Assembly (NCBI GenBank): GCA_030390025.1
Contig: CM059431.1
Coordinates: 153,390,001-153,454,000, forward strand
Length of the DNA: 64,000 bases
Direction of reading: 5' to 3'
DNA from: Squalus acanthias
Lineage: Eukaryota
In this document: in pieces, positions 23,101 to 35,068 of the stretch
How the letters are laid out: each line of letters opens with the position of its first letter
Numbering within the stretch: the first letter of the stretch is position 1
Position numbers and translations under genes: made by a program
The notes under the pieces: generated by a model
Seen by the model: the letters and a program-made list of their open reading frames with translations, nothing else
The model's database searches: none
Told to the model about the DNA's origin: nothing

Positions 23101-26100
23101 GGACCCCTTTTAAAGAGGGTGTCTCACCATCAGATACCACTTTTAAAGAGGGCGTCTCACCATCAAGAACCCCTTTTAAAGAGGGAGTCTCACCATCAGG
23201 GAAACATTTTAAATAGGGAGTCTCTCCATCAGGGAACCCTTATAAAGAGGGATTCTCAGCATGACAGTCCCTTTTAAAGAGTGAGACTTTCCATCAGGCA
23301 GCCCTTTTATTGAGAGCCCCACAATCAGGGATCCCTATAAAGAGGTTGTCTTTCTATCAGGGAGCCATTTTAAAGTTGGAGTCTTTCTATCAGGGAGCAC
23401 TTTTGAAGAGGTAGTCTCTCCATCAAGGATCCCTTTTAAAGAGACAGTATCAGCAACAGGGACTTCGTTTAAAGAGGGAGTATCACCGTCAGGGACCCCT
23501 TTTAATGTGAGAGTCTCACCATCAGGCATCACTTTTAAAGAGGGAGTCTTTCTATCAGGGAGACCATTTAAAGAGGGAGTGTCACCATCAGAGATCCTTT
23601 TAAAGAGAGAGATTTTCCATCAAGGATCTCTTTTAAAGAGGGATCCTTTATATCACGGAACCCGTTTAAAGAGATTATTACTATTACGTACACATTTTAA
23701 AGATAGAGTCTCACCATCAGGGACTCCTTTTAAAGAGGGAGTCTCTCTATCAGGGACCTATTTTAAAGTGGGAGTTTCAACATCATGTAACGATGTTGCA
23801 GAGATAGTCTCTCCATCAGGGAACCCTTTTAAAGAGAGAGTCACACCAACAGGGACCCCTTTTAAAGAGGGTGTCTCACCATCAGATACCACTTTTAAAG
23901 AGGGTGTCTCACCATCAAGAACCCCTTTTAAAGAGGGAGTCTCAACATTAGTGACCCCTTTTAAAGAGGGTGTCTCACCATGAGGGACCCATTTTAATGA
24001 GGGAGTCTCTCTATGAGGGACCACTTTTAAAGAGGTATCCTCACCATCAGGGTCCCCTTTTAAAGAGAGAGTCTCATGATCGGGGACCCCTTTTAAAATG
24101 TATGTCTCACCATCAGGGACCCTTTTAAAGAGGGAGTCTCTCTATCAGGGACCTCTTTTAAAGTGGGAGTTTCAACATCATGTAACGATGTTGCAGAGAT
24201 AGTCTCTCCATCAGGGAACCCTATTAAAGAGAGAGTCTCAGCATCAGGTACCCCTTTTAAAAAGGGAGTCTCACCATCAAGAACACCTTTTAAAGATGGA
24301 GGCTCACCTTAAGGGACACATTTTAAAGAGAGAGAGTCTCACCATCAGACACCCTTTAAAAGGGCGAGACTTTCTATCATTGACCCCTTTTAAAGAGGGT
24401 GTCTCACCTACAGGGACACCTTTTAAAGAGGGTGTCTCATCATCAGGGACATCTATTAAAGAGGGAGTCTCACCCTCGGGAATCCATTTTAAAGTGAGAG
24501 TCTTTCTATCAAGTAACCCTTTTAAAGAGGTAATCTTCCTCTTAGGGACACATGTTAAAGAGGGAGTCTCTCTATCAGAGGCCCCTTTTAAAGAGGGAGA
24601 GTCTCCATCAGGGACACCATTTAAAGGGTGTTTCCCCATCAGGGACCTCATTTAAAGCGGGATTCTCACTATCATGACCATTTTTAAAGAGACAGTCTTA
24701 CCATCAGAGTCCCTTTAAAAGAGGGAGACTTTCTATCAGGGACCCATTTTAAAGAGGATGACTCAACTCCTTTTAAAGAGGGTATCTCATCATCAGGGAC
24801 ATCTTTTAAAGAAGGAGTCTCACCATCGGGGATTCATTTTAATGAGTGGGTCTCTTCAACATTGGCCCCATTTAAAGAGGGCGTCTCACCATCAGGGAGC
24901 CCTTTTAAAGATGGAGTCTGACAATCAGTGTCCCCTTTTAAATAGATAGTCTCACCATCAGGGAACTCTTTGAAAGAGGGTAGTTTCACCATTAGAGACC
25001 CCTTTTAAAGAGTGACTCTCGCCATCAGCGTCCACTTTTAAAGAGAGACTCTCACCATCAGGGACCCCTTTTATTGAGAGAGTCTCACCATCAGGGACCA
25101 TTTTAAAGGGAAAGACTTTCTATCAGGGACCACTTTTAAAGAGAGAGTCTCACCATCAGGGACCATTTTAAAGAGAGAGACTTTCCATCAAGGATCACAT
25201 TTACAGAGCGAATCTTTCTATCACGGAACCCTTTTAAAGAGAATCTTCCTATTAGGGATACATTTTAAAGAGAGAGCCAAAACATCAGGGACCCCTTTTA
25301 AAGAGGGAGTGGCTCCATCAGGTACACCTTTCAAAGAGGGTGTTTCCCCATCATGGACCAAATTTAAAGATAGAATCTCACCATCAGTGGCCCCTTTTAA
25401 AGAGGGAGTATCCCCGTTAGGGAGACCTTTTAAAGAGTGAGTGTCTCCACCAGCGACCCCTTTTAATGAGCGAGTTTCAACATCAGGCACCCTTTTGAAA
25501 GAGGGAGTTTCAGCATCATGGACCGATGTTGCAGAGATAGGCTCTCCATCAGGGAACCCTTTTAAAAGAGATAGTCACACCAACAGGGACCCCTTTTAAA
25601 GAGGGTGTCACACCATCAGATACCACTTTTAAAGAGGGCGTCTCACCATCAAGAACCCCTTTTAAAGAGGGTGTCTCACCATGAGGGACCCATTTTAAAG
25701 AGGGAGTCTCTCTATCAGGGACCACTTTTAAAGAGGCATCCTCACCATCAGGGTCCCCTTTTAAAGAGAGAGTCTCATGATCGGGGACCCCTTTTAAAAT
25801 GTGTGTCTCACTATCAGGGAGCCCTTTTAAAGAGGGAGTCTTTCTATCAGGGAGCACTTTTAAAGTGTGATACTCATCATCAGGGATCCCTATAAAAGTG
25901 CGAGTCTCAACATCAGGGATCACTTTTAAAGAGGGTGTCTCACCATCAGGGACCCCTTTTAAGGAGATAGTTTCCTCTTCACGGATCCCTTATAAAGATA
26001 GAGTCTCAACGTCAGAGACGTTGTCTCAACATCAGGGATCCCTTTTAAAGTGGGAGACTTTCTATCAGGGCGCACTTTTAAATGGTGAGACTCATCATCA

Positions 26101-28060
26101 GGGATCACTATTAAAGTGTGAGTCTCACCATCAGAGACCCTTTTAAAAAGTGAGTCTCACAATCAGGGATCCCTTTAAAGAGAGAGTCTCAATATCAGTG
26201 ATCCCTTTTCAAAAGGGAGTCTTTCTCTTTAGGTTCCCTTTTATAGAGGGAGACTCACCATCAAAGACCCTTTTAAAGAGGGAGCCTTTCTATCAGGGAG
26301 CTCTTTTAAAGAGAGTCTTACCATCAGGGTCCCCTTTCAAAGTGTGAGTCTCAACATCACAGCTTCTTTTAAAAAGGGAGTCTCACCAACAGGGAACCCT
26401 TTTAAAGAGGGAGTTTCACCATCAGGGACCACTTTTAAAGAGGGAGTCCCAACATCAGGGACCACTTTTAAAGAGGGAGTCTAACATTCAGGGACCATTT
26501 TTAAAGAGGGAGTCACACCATCAGGTACCACTTTTGAAGAGGGAGACTCCCCATCAGAGACCGCTTTTAAAGAGAGAGTCTCGTCATCAGGGACCACTTT
26601 TAAAGAGAGACTCTCACCAACAGGGACCCCTTTTAACGAGAGAGTCTCACCATCAGGGACCACTTTTAAAGGGAAAGTCTTCTATCAGGGACCACATTTA
26701 AAGAGAGAGTCTAACCATCAGGGAATCCTTTTATAGAGGGAGTCTCACCATCAGGGATTCCTTTTAAAGAGAGAGTCACACCATCAAGGACGCATTTTAA
26801 AGAGGTAGTCCCAACATCAGGGATCCCTTTTAAAGTGGGAGTCTCACGATCAGGGACCCCTTTTAAAGAGTGAGTCTCACTATCAGGAATTCCTTTTAAA
26901 GAGGGAGTTTTTCTATCAGGAGCACTTTTAAAGGGTGAGCCTCATCATCAGGGATCTCTTTTAAAGAGGGAGCCTTTCTATTGGTGACCCCTTTTAAATA
27001 GATAGTCTCCCTATTAGGGTCCCATTTTATAGAGGGAGTCTTACCATCAGGGACCTTTGTTAAAGAGGGCGTTTAACCATCAGGGATTCCTTTTAAAGAG
27101 AGAGTCACACCATCAGGGACGCATTTTAAAGAGGGATTCTCACCCCAGGGGACCCATTTGAAAGAGACTGTCTTTCTTTCAAGGCCACCTTTTAAAGAGG
27201 GAGGCTTTCTATCAGGGTCCCCAATTAAAGAGAATCTTTCTAGTCGGGACCCCTTTTAAAGAGGGTGTCTCACCATCAGGGACATCTTTTAAAGAGCGAG
27301 CCTTCCCATCAGGGACCCCTTTTAAAGACGGAGTCTCACCATCAGGGATCTCTTTTAAAGTGTGAGTCTCCCCATTTGGGACCCCTTTAAATAGGAAGTC
27401 TCCACCATCAGTGACCCATTTTAAAGAGAGAGTCTCACCATCAGGGCCCCCTTTTAAAAAGAGAGTCTCTTCTTCAGGGACCACTTTTAAAGAGGTTGTC
27501 TCAACATCAGCGATATCTTTTAAAGAGAGAGTCTCGCCATCAGTGACATCTTTTAAAGAGGGAGTCTCGCCATCAGGGACACTTTTAAAGGGGGAGTCTT
27601 TCTATCAAGGACCCATTTTAAAGACAGAGTCTCACCATCAGGGACCAATTTTAAAGAGGGCGTCTCATCATCAGGGAACCCTTATAAAGATGGAGTCTCC
27701 TCATCAGGGATCGCTTTTAAATAGAGTCTCACCGTCAGAGACCCCATTTAAAGAGACAATCTCACAAACAGGGATCCCTTTCAAAGATAGAGTCTGATCT
27801 ACAGAGACCCCTTTTAAAGAGGGCGTTCCATCATCAGGGACATCGTTTAAAGAGGGAGTCCTACCCACGGGAATCCATTTTAATGAGTGAGTCTCTCCAT
27901 CATTGACCCCATTTAAAGAGGGAGTGTCACCATCAGGGGCCCCTTTTAAAGAGGAAGTCTCACCAAACGGGACCCCTTTTAAAAAGGGAGTCTCACTATC
28001 AGGGATCACTTTTAAAAATGGTGTGTCACCATCAGGGACACCTTTTGAATAGGGTGTCTC
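17118..28060 (+). repeat. 33-bp satellite, plus orientation, with kb-scale higher-order duplications
   Basis: Same unit. Diagnostic variants recur at an offset of about 2.48 kb (e.g. GGATGACTCAACTCC near 22275 and 24756). Confidence 0.95.
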
Positions 28061-28075
28061 TGACGGAGAGAATCT

Positions 28076-28959
28076 GGGGGGAAAATTCAGTTGGTTGCGC
28101 CTCCCGTTAGCGCCTTAAGAGGGCGCTAATGGGGCGCAAAGCTGCTAGCGCCCGGGCGCAGCGATGTTCGCGCCGCTCGCGAAATTAATGACATTTTGCG
28201 GCGGCGCTAAACTTTATCGCCGCGATCTCCTGCGCTCGCAGATTGTGACGTCATACGAGAGTGCAATGCCCTAGTGGCGCCTCGGAGCAGAATTTCAGTG
28301 GCGCCCCCATCCTTACCGCCTGGCGCATCCAAAGACCGGAAGACTGGAACGCTAACAATCGCTGTGGGGCTGGGGTGGGCGCTATTTAAAGGTGGCCTAT
28401 TCCTGTCTTTCTCTGTGTTTGACATTTTTGCACCACTCGTTGTGAGAGAGAGAGAGAGATTCGGAGAGAGAGAAAGAGAGACTTCTGCATTGAGTCAACG
28501 CTGTGTGAGGTAGTTTTGGCTACTGATCATAACTTCGCTGGTACTTTGGTTTTTGGCCATCATAACTTTGCTTGCTAAGAGACTTGGGGGCTGCACTCTG
28601 AGCTCTTTCCCTGGGGCTCTCCATTGTTCTTTCCAGCAGATTTGATGTACAGGTCTCTTCAGGTCGAGATTCAAGGCTGCAATGAGCAGGATGTGGCTGG
28701 AGAGCAAGATCGACCCTCCCGTTTAAGAACTGGCCGGCGCCAGTGTGTCTGTGTTCCATCGCTAACTGACATCACCTGCGCTGCGCCCGCACTCTGAGTT
28801 AGCGCCTCACTCCTCGGCCTTTGCGCCTTAAGACAGGTGTGCAGCGCCTGATTTAGAGCTCCAATCACCTCCCGGGGCGTTAAAAGTCAAGTTTGCAGTC
28901 AGTTTTTGCGCCCGGCCGATAATTGCGCCCCAAATGGGGCGATACTGAATTTTTAGCCC
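28076..28959 (+). mobile_element. Non-autonomous Harbinger derivative D (884 bp)
   Basis: Termini GGGGGGAAAATTCAG ... CTGAATTTTTAGCCC. Both subterminal regions are homologous to A and B, with no transposase. It is flanked on both sides by TCT (28073-75, 28960-62). Confidence 0.88.
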
Positions 28960-31900
28960 TCTCTCTTTAAATGGAATCCCTTATGGAAAGACTCCCTCTT
29001 TAAACGGAATCCCTGATGGTGAGGCTCTCTCTTTAAAAGGGATCCCTGATGGTGAGGATCCCTCTTTAAACGGGATCCCTGATATAAAGAGTCCCTCTTC
29101 AAAATAGTATCGGTTGGTGAGAGTCACTCTTTAAAATGATTCGCAACTTGAAAGTCTCCCTCTTTGGGGTCCCTGATGGGGAGACTCCCTCTTTAGAAGT
29201 TGTCCCTGAAAGAACGACTCCATCTTTAAAATGGTCTCTGACGGCAAGAATCTCTCTTTAAAAGGGATCCCTGTTTGTGAGACTTCCTCTTTTAAAGGCC
29301 TTTCTGAAGTTGAGACTCAATCTTTAAAAGTGTTCCCTGATAGAAAGTGTCCCTCTTTAAAAGAGTCTCTGATGGTGAGAATCCCTCTTTAAAATGAGTC
29401 GCTGATAGAAAGTCGCCCTCTTTAAAAGGGATCCCTGATGGCGCGTCTCACTGTTTAAAAGTATTCCCAGATGGTAACCTCACACTTTAAAGGGGATCCC
29501 TGATGATGAGATATACTCTTTAAAAGGGCTCCCTGATAGAAAGACTTCCTCTTTAAAAGGGTCTCTGACGAACAGATAACCTCTTTAAAAGGGGTCCCTC
29601 TTTAAAAGCGTCCTTGATAATGAGACTCCCTTATTAAAAGGGGTCCCTGATAGAAAGACACCCTCTTTAACAAGGTCTCTGATGGTGAGAGTCCCTCTTT
29701 AAAATAGTCCCTGATAGAAAGACTTTCTCTTTAAAAGGGATACCTGATGGTGAGATTTCTTTTTTAAAATGGATTTCTAATGGGGAAACTCTCTCGATAA
29801 AAGGGGTCCATGTTGGTGAGACTCCCTCTTTAAAAGGGGACCCTGATGATGAGACTTCTTCATGAAAAGAGATCCCTAATGGGGAGACTCTTTCGTTAAA
29901 ACGGGTTCCTGATGATGAGTCTCCCTCTTTAAAGGAGTCCCTAATGGTGAGACTCCCTCTTTAAAGGAGTCCCTAATGGTGAGACTCCCTCTTTAAAAGG
30001 GGACCCTGACGGTGAGACTCTCTTTAAAAGGGGTCCCTGATGTTGGGACTCCCTGGTGGAAAGGGGCCCATGGTGGTGAGAATTCTGCTTTTAAAGGGAC
30101 CCCTAATGGGGAGACTCCCTCTTTAAAAGGGATCCCTGATGGTAAGACTCCCTCTTTAAAAGGGCTCCCTAATCAAAGACTCTTTCTTTAACAATGTCTC
30201 TGATGAAGAGACTCCCTCTTTAAAAAGGCTCCCTGATAGAAAGACTCCTTCTTTAAAAGCGATCCCTGATTGCGAGTCTCACTCATTAAAAATGATCCCA
30301 GATGGTAAGAATCACTCTTTAAAGGGGATCCCTGATGGTGAGACTCAATCTTTAAAAGGGGTCCCTGATAGAAAGTCTCCCTCATTAAAAGGTCTCCGGC
30401 GAGAATATCTCTGTTAAAGGACTCCCTGATGGTGAGACTCCCTCTTTGAAAGACATTTTTGATGGTGAGAATCTATTTAAAAGGAGTCCCTGATGGTAAG
30501 ACTCACTTTAAAATTGGTCCCTGAGGATGAGACTCCCTCTTTAAAAGGGGTCCCTGATAGAATGACTCTCTCCTTAAAAGAGATCCCTGATAATGGGACT
30601 CTCTCTTTCAATGGGAGACCTGATGGTGAGACTCCCTCTTTAAAAGATTCCCCTGATGATGAGGCACCCTGATGTTGAGACGCTCTCCTTAAAAGGAATT
30701 CGTAATGGTGAGACTCACTCTTTAATAGGGATCCCTGATAGAATGTCTCCCTCTTTAAAAGGGTGTCTGACGGTGAGTCGCTCTCTTTAAAAGGGGTCCC
30801 TGATGGTAAGATTCCCTCTATAAAAGAGATCCCTTTTGGTGGGACTCCCTCTTTAAAAGGGATCCCTGATGGGGAGACTCCCTCTTTAAAAGGGGTCACT
30901 GAAGGTGAGACTCATTCTTTAAAAGGGGTAATTGATAGTAAGCCTCCTCCTTTAAATGGGGTCATTGAGAAAAAGATTTCCTGTTGAAAACGGATCCCTG
31001 TTGGTGCGGCTTCCTCTTTAATATGAGTCCCGAATGTTGAAAATCCCTCTTTAAAAGGGTTCCCTGATGGTGAGACTTCTTCTTTAAAAGGTGTCCCTAA
31101 TGGGGAGACTCTCTGTTTAAAAGGGGTCACTGATAGAAAGACTCCCTCTTTAAAAGTGTTTCCTAATAGAAAGACTCTCTCTATAAAACTGGTCCCCGAG
31201 GGTGAGACTCCCTATTTAAAAGGGGTCCCTGAAATAAATACTCTTTAAAATGGGTCCCTGATAGTGAGATTCCCTCTTTAAAACGGTTACCTGATTGTGA
31301 TTGTCCCTCTTTAAAAGGGGTCCCTGATGTTGAGACTCCCTCTTTAAAATGGGTCCCTGATGGTGAGAATCTCTCTTTAAAAGGTGTCCTAATAGGAAGA
31401 TTATCTTTAAAAGGGGTCTCTGATAGAAAGACCCCCTCTATAAAAGGGGTCCTTGATAGAAAGATTCTCACTTTAGAAGGGGTCCCTGATGGTGAGACTC
31501 TCTCTTTAAAAGGGATCCCTGATGGTAAGATTCCTTCTGAAAAAAGGGATCCCTCATGGTGAGACTCCCTCTTTAAAAGGGATCCCTGCTGGGGAGACTC
31601 CCACTTTAAAAGGAGACAATGACGGTGAGACTCTCTTTAAAAGGGTTCCCTAATGATGAGACTCCCTATTTAAAAGTGCTTCCTAATGGGGAGACTCTCT
31701 CTTTAAATGGGGCCACTGATGCTGAGACGCCCGCTTTAAAAGGAGACCCTGATGGTAAAATACACTTTAAAATGGGTCCCTGATAGAAATACTCTCTCTT
31801 TAAAAGGTGTACCTAATAGGAAGATTCACTTTAAATTTGGTCCCGATAGAAAGACACCCTCTTTAAAAGTGTTCCTGATAGAATGATTTTCTCTTTAAAT

Positions 31901-32529
31901 GTGGTCCCTGATCGTGAGACTCTCTCTTTAAAATGGGTCCCTAACGGGGACATTCTCTGCTTAAAAGTGGTCACTGAGAGAAAGACTCTCCCTTTATAAG
32001 TGATTACTGATAGAAAGACTCTATCTTTAAAATGGGTCCCCGAGGGTGAGACACACTTTAAAAGGGGTCCCTGAAAGAAAGACTCTCTCTTTAAAATGGG
32101 TCCCTGATGGTAAACTCCCTCTTTAAAAATGAACCCTGATGGTGAGACTCCCTCTTTAAAAGGTGTCCCTGATTGTGAGAATCTCTCTTTAAAAGGTGTC
32201 CCTCATAGGAAGATTCTCTTTAAAAGGTGTCTCTGATAGAAAGACTCCCTCTTTAAAAGGGGTCCCTGACGGTGAGAGTCCCTCTTTAAAATGGGTCCCT
32301 CTTGGTGAGACTCCCTCTTTAATAGGAGTCCCTGATGCTGAAACACCCTCTTTAAAAGGGTCCCTGATGGTGAGACTCTCTCTTTAAATGGGATCCCTTA
32401 TGGTGAGCCTCACTCTTTAAAAGGGGTCCCTGTTGGTAAGTCTCTCTTTAAAAAGGCGTCCATGATAGAATGACTCCCTCTTTAAAAGTGTCTCTGACGG
32501 TGAAACTCCCTCTTTAAAAGGGTTCCCTG
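28960..32529 (-). repeat. 33-bp satellite, minus orientation
   Basis: Same unit, reverse orientation. Confidence 0.95.
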
Positions 32530-35068
32530 ATAGAAGCATAGAAGCATAGAAGATAGGAGCCGCAGTGGGCCATTCGGCCCTTCGAGCCTGCTCCGCCATT
32601 CATTGCAATCATGGTTGATCATCCAAGCTCAGTACGCTGTCCCTGCTTTCTCCCCATATCCCTTGATCCCCTTAGCCTTAAGAAATATATCTAACTCCTT
32701 CTTGAATATATTTAATGAATTGGACTCAACTGTCTTCTGTGGTAGAGAATTCCACAAGTTCACCACGATCTGGGTGAAGAAATTCCTCCTAATCTCAGTC
32801 CTAAATGGCTTACCCCTTATCGTTAGACTGTGACCCTTGTTTCTGGACTTCCCCGCCATCGGGAACATCCTTCCTGCATCTAGTCTTTCAAGTCCTGTTA
32901 GAATTTTATAAGTTTCAATGAGATCCCCTCTCATTCGTCTAAACTCTAGCGAATACTAGCCCAATCGAGCCAATCTCTCTTCATAAGTCATTCCTGCCAT
33001 CCCAGGTATCAGTCTGGTGAATCGTCGCTGCACTCTCTCCAGGGCAAGAACTTCCTTCTTCAGATAAGGCGACCAAAACTGCACACAATACTCAAGGTGT
33101 GGTCTCACCAAGGACCTGTACAACTGCAGCAAGACATCCTTGCTCCTGTACTCGAATCCTCTCGCTATGAAGGCCAACAAACCATTTGCCTTCTTAACCG
33201 CGTGCTGCACCTGCATGCTTACCATCAGCGACTGGTGCACAAAGACACCCAGGTCTCGTTGCACTACCCCTTTCCCAATCTATTGCCGTTTAGATAATAA
33301 TCTGCCTTCCTGTTTTTGACACCAAAGTGGATAACCTCGCTTTTATCCACATTATACTGCATTTGCCATCCTGTCCAAAATCACCCAACCTGTCCAAATC
33401 ATACTGGAGTTTCTCTGCATCCTCCTCACAGCACACACGCCCACCCAGCTTTGTGTCGTCTGCAAACTTGGAGATATTACATCTAGTTCCCTCGTCTAGA
33501 TCATTAATATATATTGTTAATAACTGGGGTCCTAGCACCGATCCCTGCGGTACCCCACTAATCACTGCCTGCCACTCAGATAAAGACCCGTTTATTCCAA
33601 CTCTTTGCTTCCTGTCTGCAAAACAGGTTTCTATCCAAGACAGTACCTTACCCCCAATCCTGTGTGCTTTAACTTTGCACTCTAATCTCTTATGCGGGAC
33701 CTTATCGAAAGCCTTCTGAAAGTCCAAATACACCACATCCACTGGTTCTCCCTTATCTATTCTATCAGTTACATCCTCAAAAAAATCCAGTAGATTAGCC
33801 AAGTATGATTTACCTTTTGTAGATCCATGTTGAATTTATCCGATCCTGTCACTGTTTTCCAAGTGCTCTGCTATTACATCTTTTATAATGGACTCTAGCA
33901 TTTTCCCCACTACCGATGTCAGGCTTACTATAATTACTATAATTCCCCATTTTCTCTCTACCACCTTTTTTAAATAGTCGAGTTACATTAGCTAACCTCC
34001 AATCCATGGGAACTGTTCCAGAGTCTATAGAATTTTTGAAGATGATCAGCAATGCATCTACTATTTCGAGGGCCACTTCCTTAAGTTCCCTAGGATGTAG
34101 ATTATCAGGCCCTAGGGATTTATCGCCCTTCAATCCCATCAATTTCCCTAACACCATTTCCCTACAAATACTGATTTCATTCAGTTCCTGCCTCTCATTA
34201 GACCCTATGTCCCCAAACATCTCTGGGAGGTTATTTGTGTCCTCCTTTGTGAAGACAGAACCAAAGTATGTATTTAATTGGTTAGCCATTTGTTTGTTCC
34301 CCATTATAAATTCCCCTGATTCTGACTGCAAGGGACCTACGCTTGACTTCACCAATCTTTTTCTCTTCACATTTCTATAGAAGCTTTTACAGTCAGTTTT
34401 TATGTTCCTGCAAGCTTACTTTAAAATCTATTTTCCCCTTCTTAATTAATCCCTTTGTCCTCATGTGCTGAATACTAAACTGCTCCCAATCCTCAGCTTT
34501 GGTGCTTTTTCTGGCCAATTTATATGTCCTCTCCTTTGGATCTTATGCTATCCCAAATTTCCCTTGTTAGCCACGTTTGAGTCACCTTTTTTGTTTTATT
34601 TTTATGCCAACAGGGATAAACAAATTCTGCAGTTCATCCCTGCAATCTTTAAATGTTTGCCATTGCCTATCCACCGTCAACCCTTTAAGTAACGTTTCCC
34701 ACTCCATCCTAGCCAACTCGCGCCTCATACCATCGTAGTTTCCTTTATTTAATTTCAGGACCCTAGTCTCTGAGTCAACTACTTCACTCTCCATCTTAAT
34801 GAAGAATTCTATCATATTATGATCGCTCCTCCCCAAGGGGCCTCGCACAACAAGATTGCGAATTAATCCTTTCTCATTACATAATACCCAGTCTAAGATG
34901 GCCTGATTTCTATTTGGTTCCTCGACACATTGCTCCAGGAAACCGATCCTGTATACACTCTAGGAATTCCTCCTCCACAGTATTGTTGCTAATTTGGTTA
35001 GCCCAATCTATATGTTGATTAAATGCACCAATGTTAACTGCTGTGCCCTTATTGCACGCGTCTCTAAT
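32530..35068 (-). mobile_element. CR1-clade LINE, 5'-truncated, degraded ORF2
   Basis: YLDFQKAFDKVPH, SGVPQGSVLGP, KFADDTKL, LVRPHLEYCVQFWSP, RGDLIETYKI, and the EN motif LGRSDHN. The 3' octamer tail reads (ATAGAAGC)n on the + strand at about 32530-32552. Confidence 0.95.

Noticed and set aside
17118..28060. CRISPR-like array (33-bp dyad-containing repeat)
   Set aside because: Units are contiguous with no unique spacers, there are no cas genes, and the context is vertebrate.
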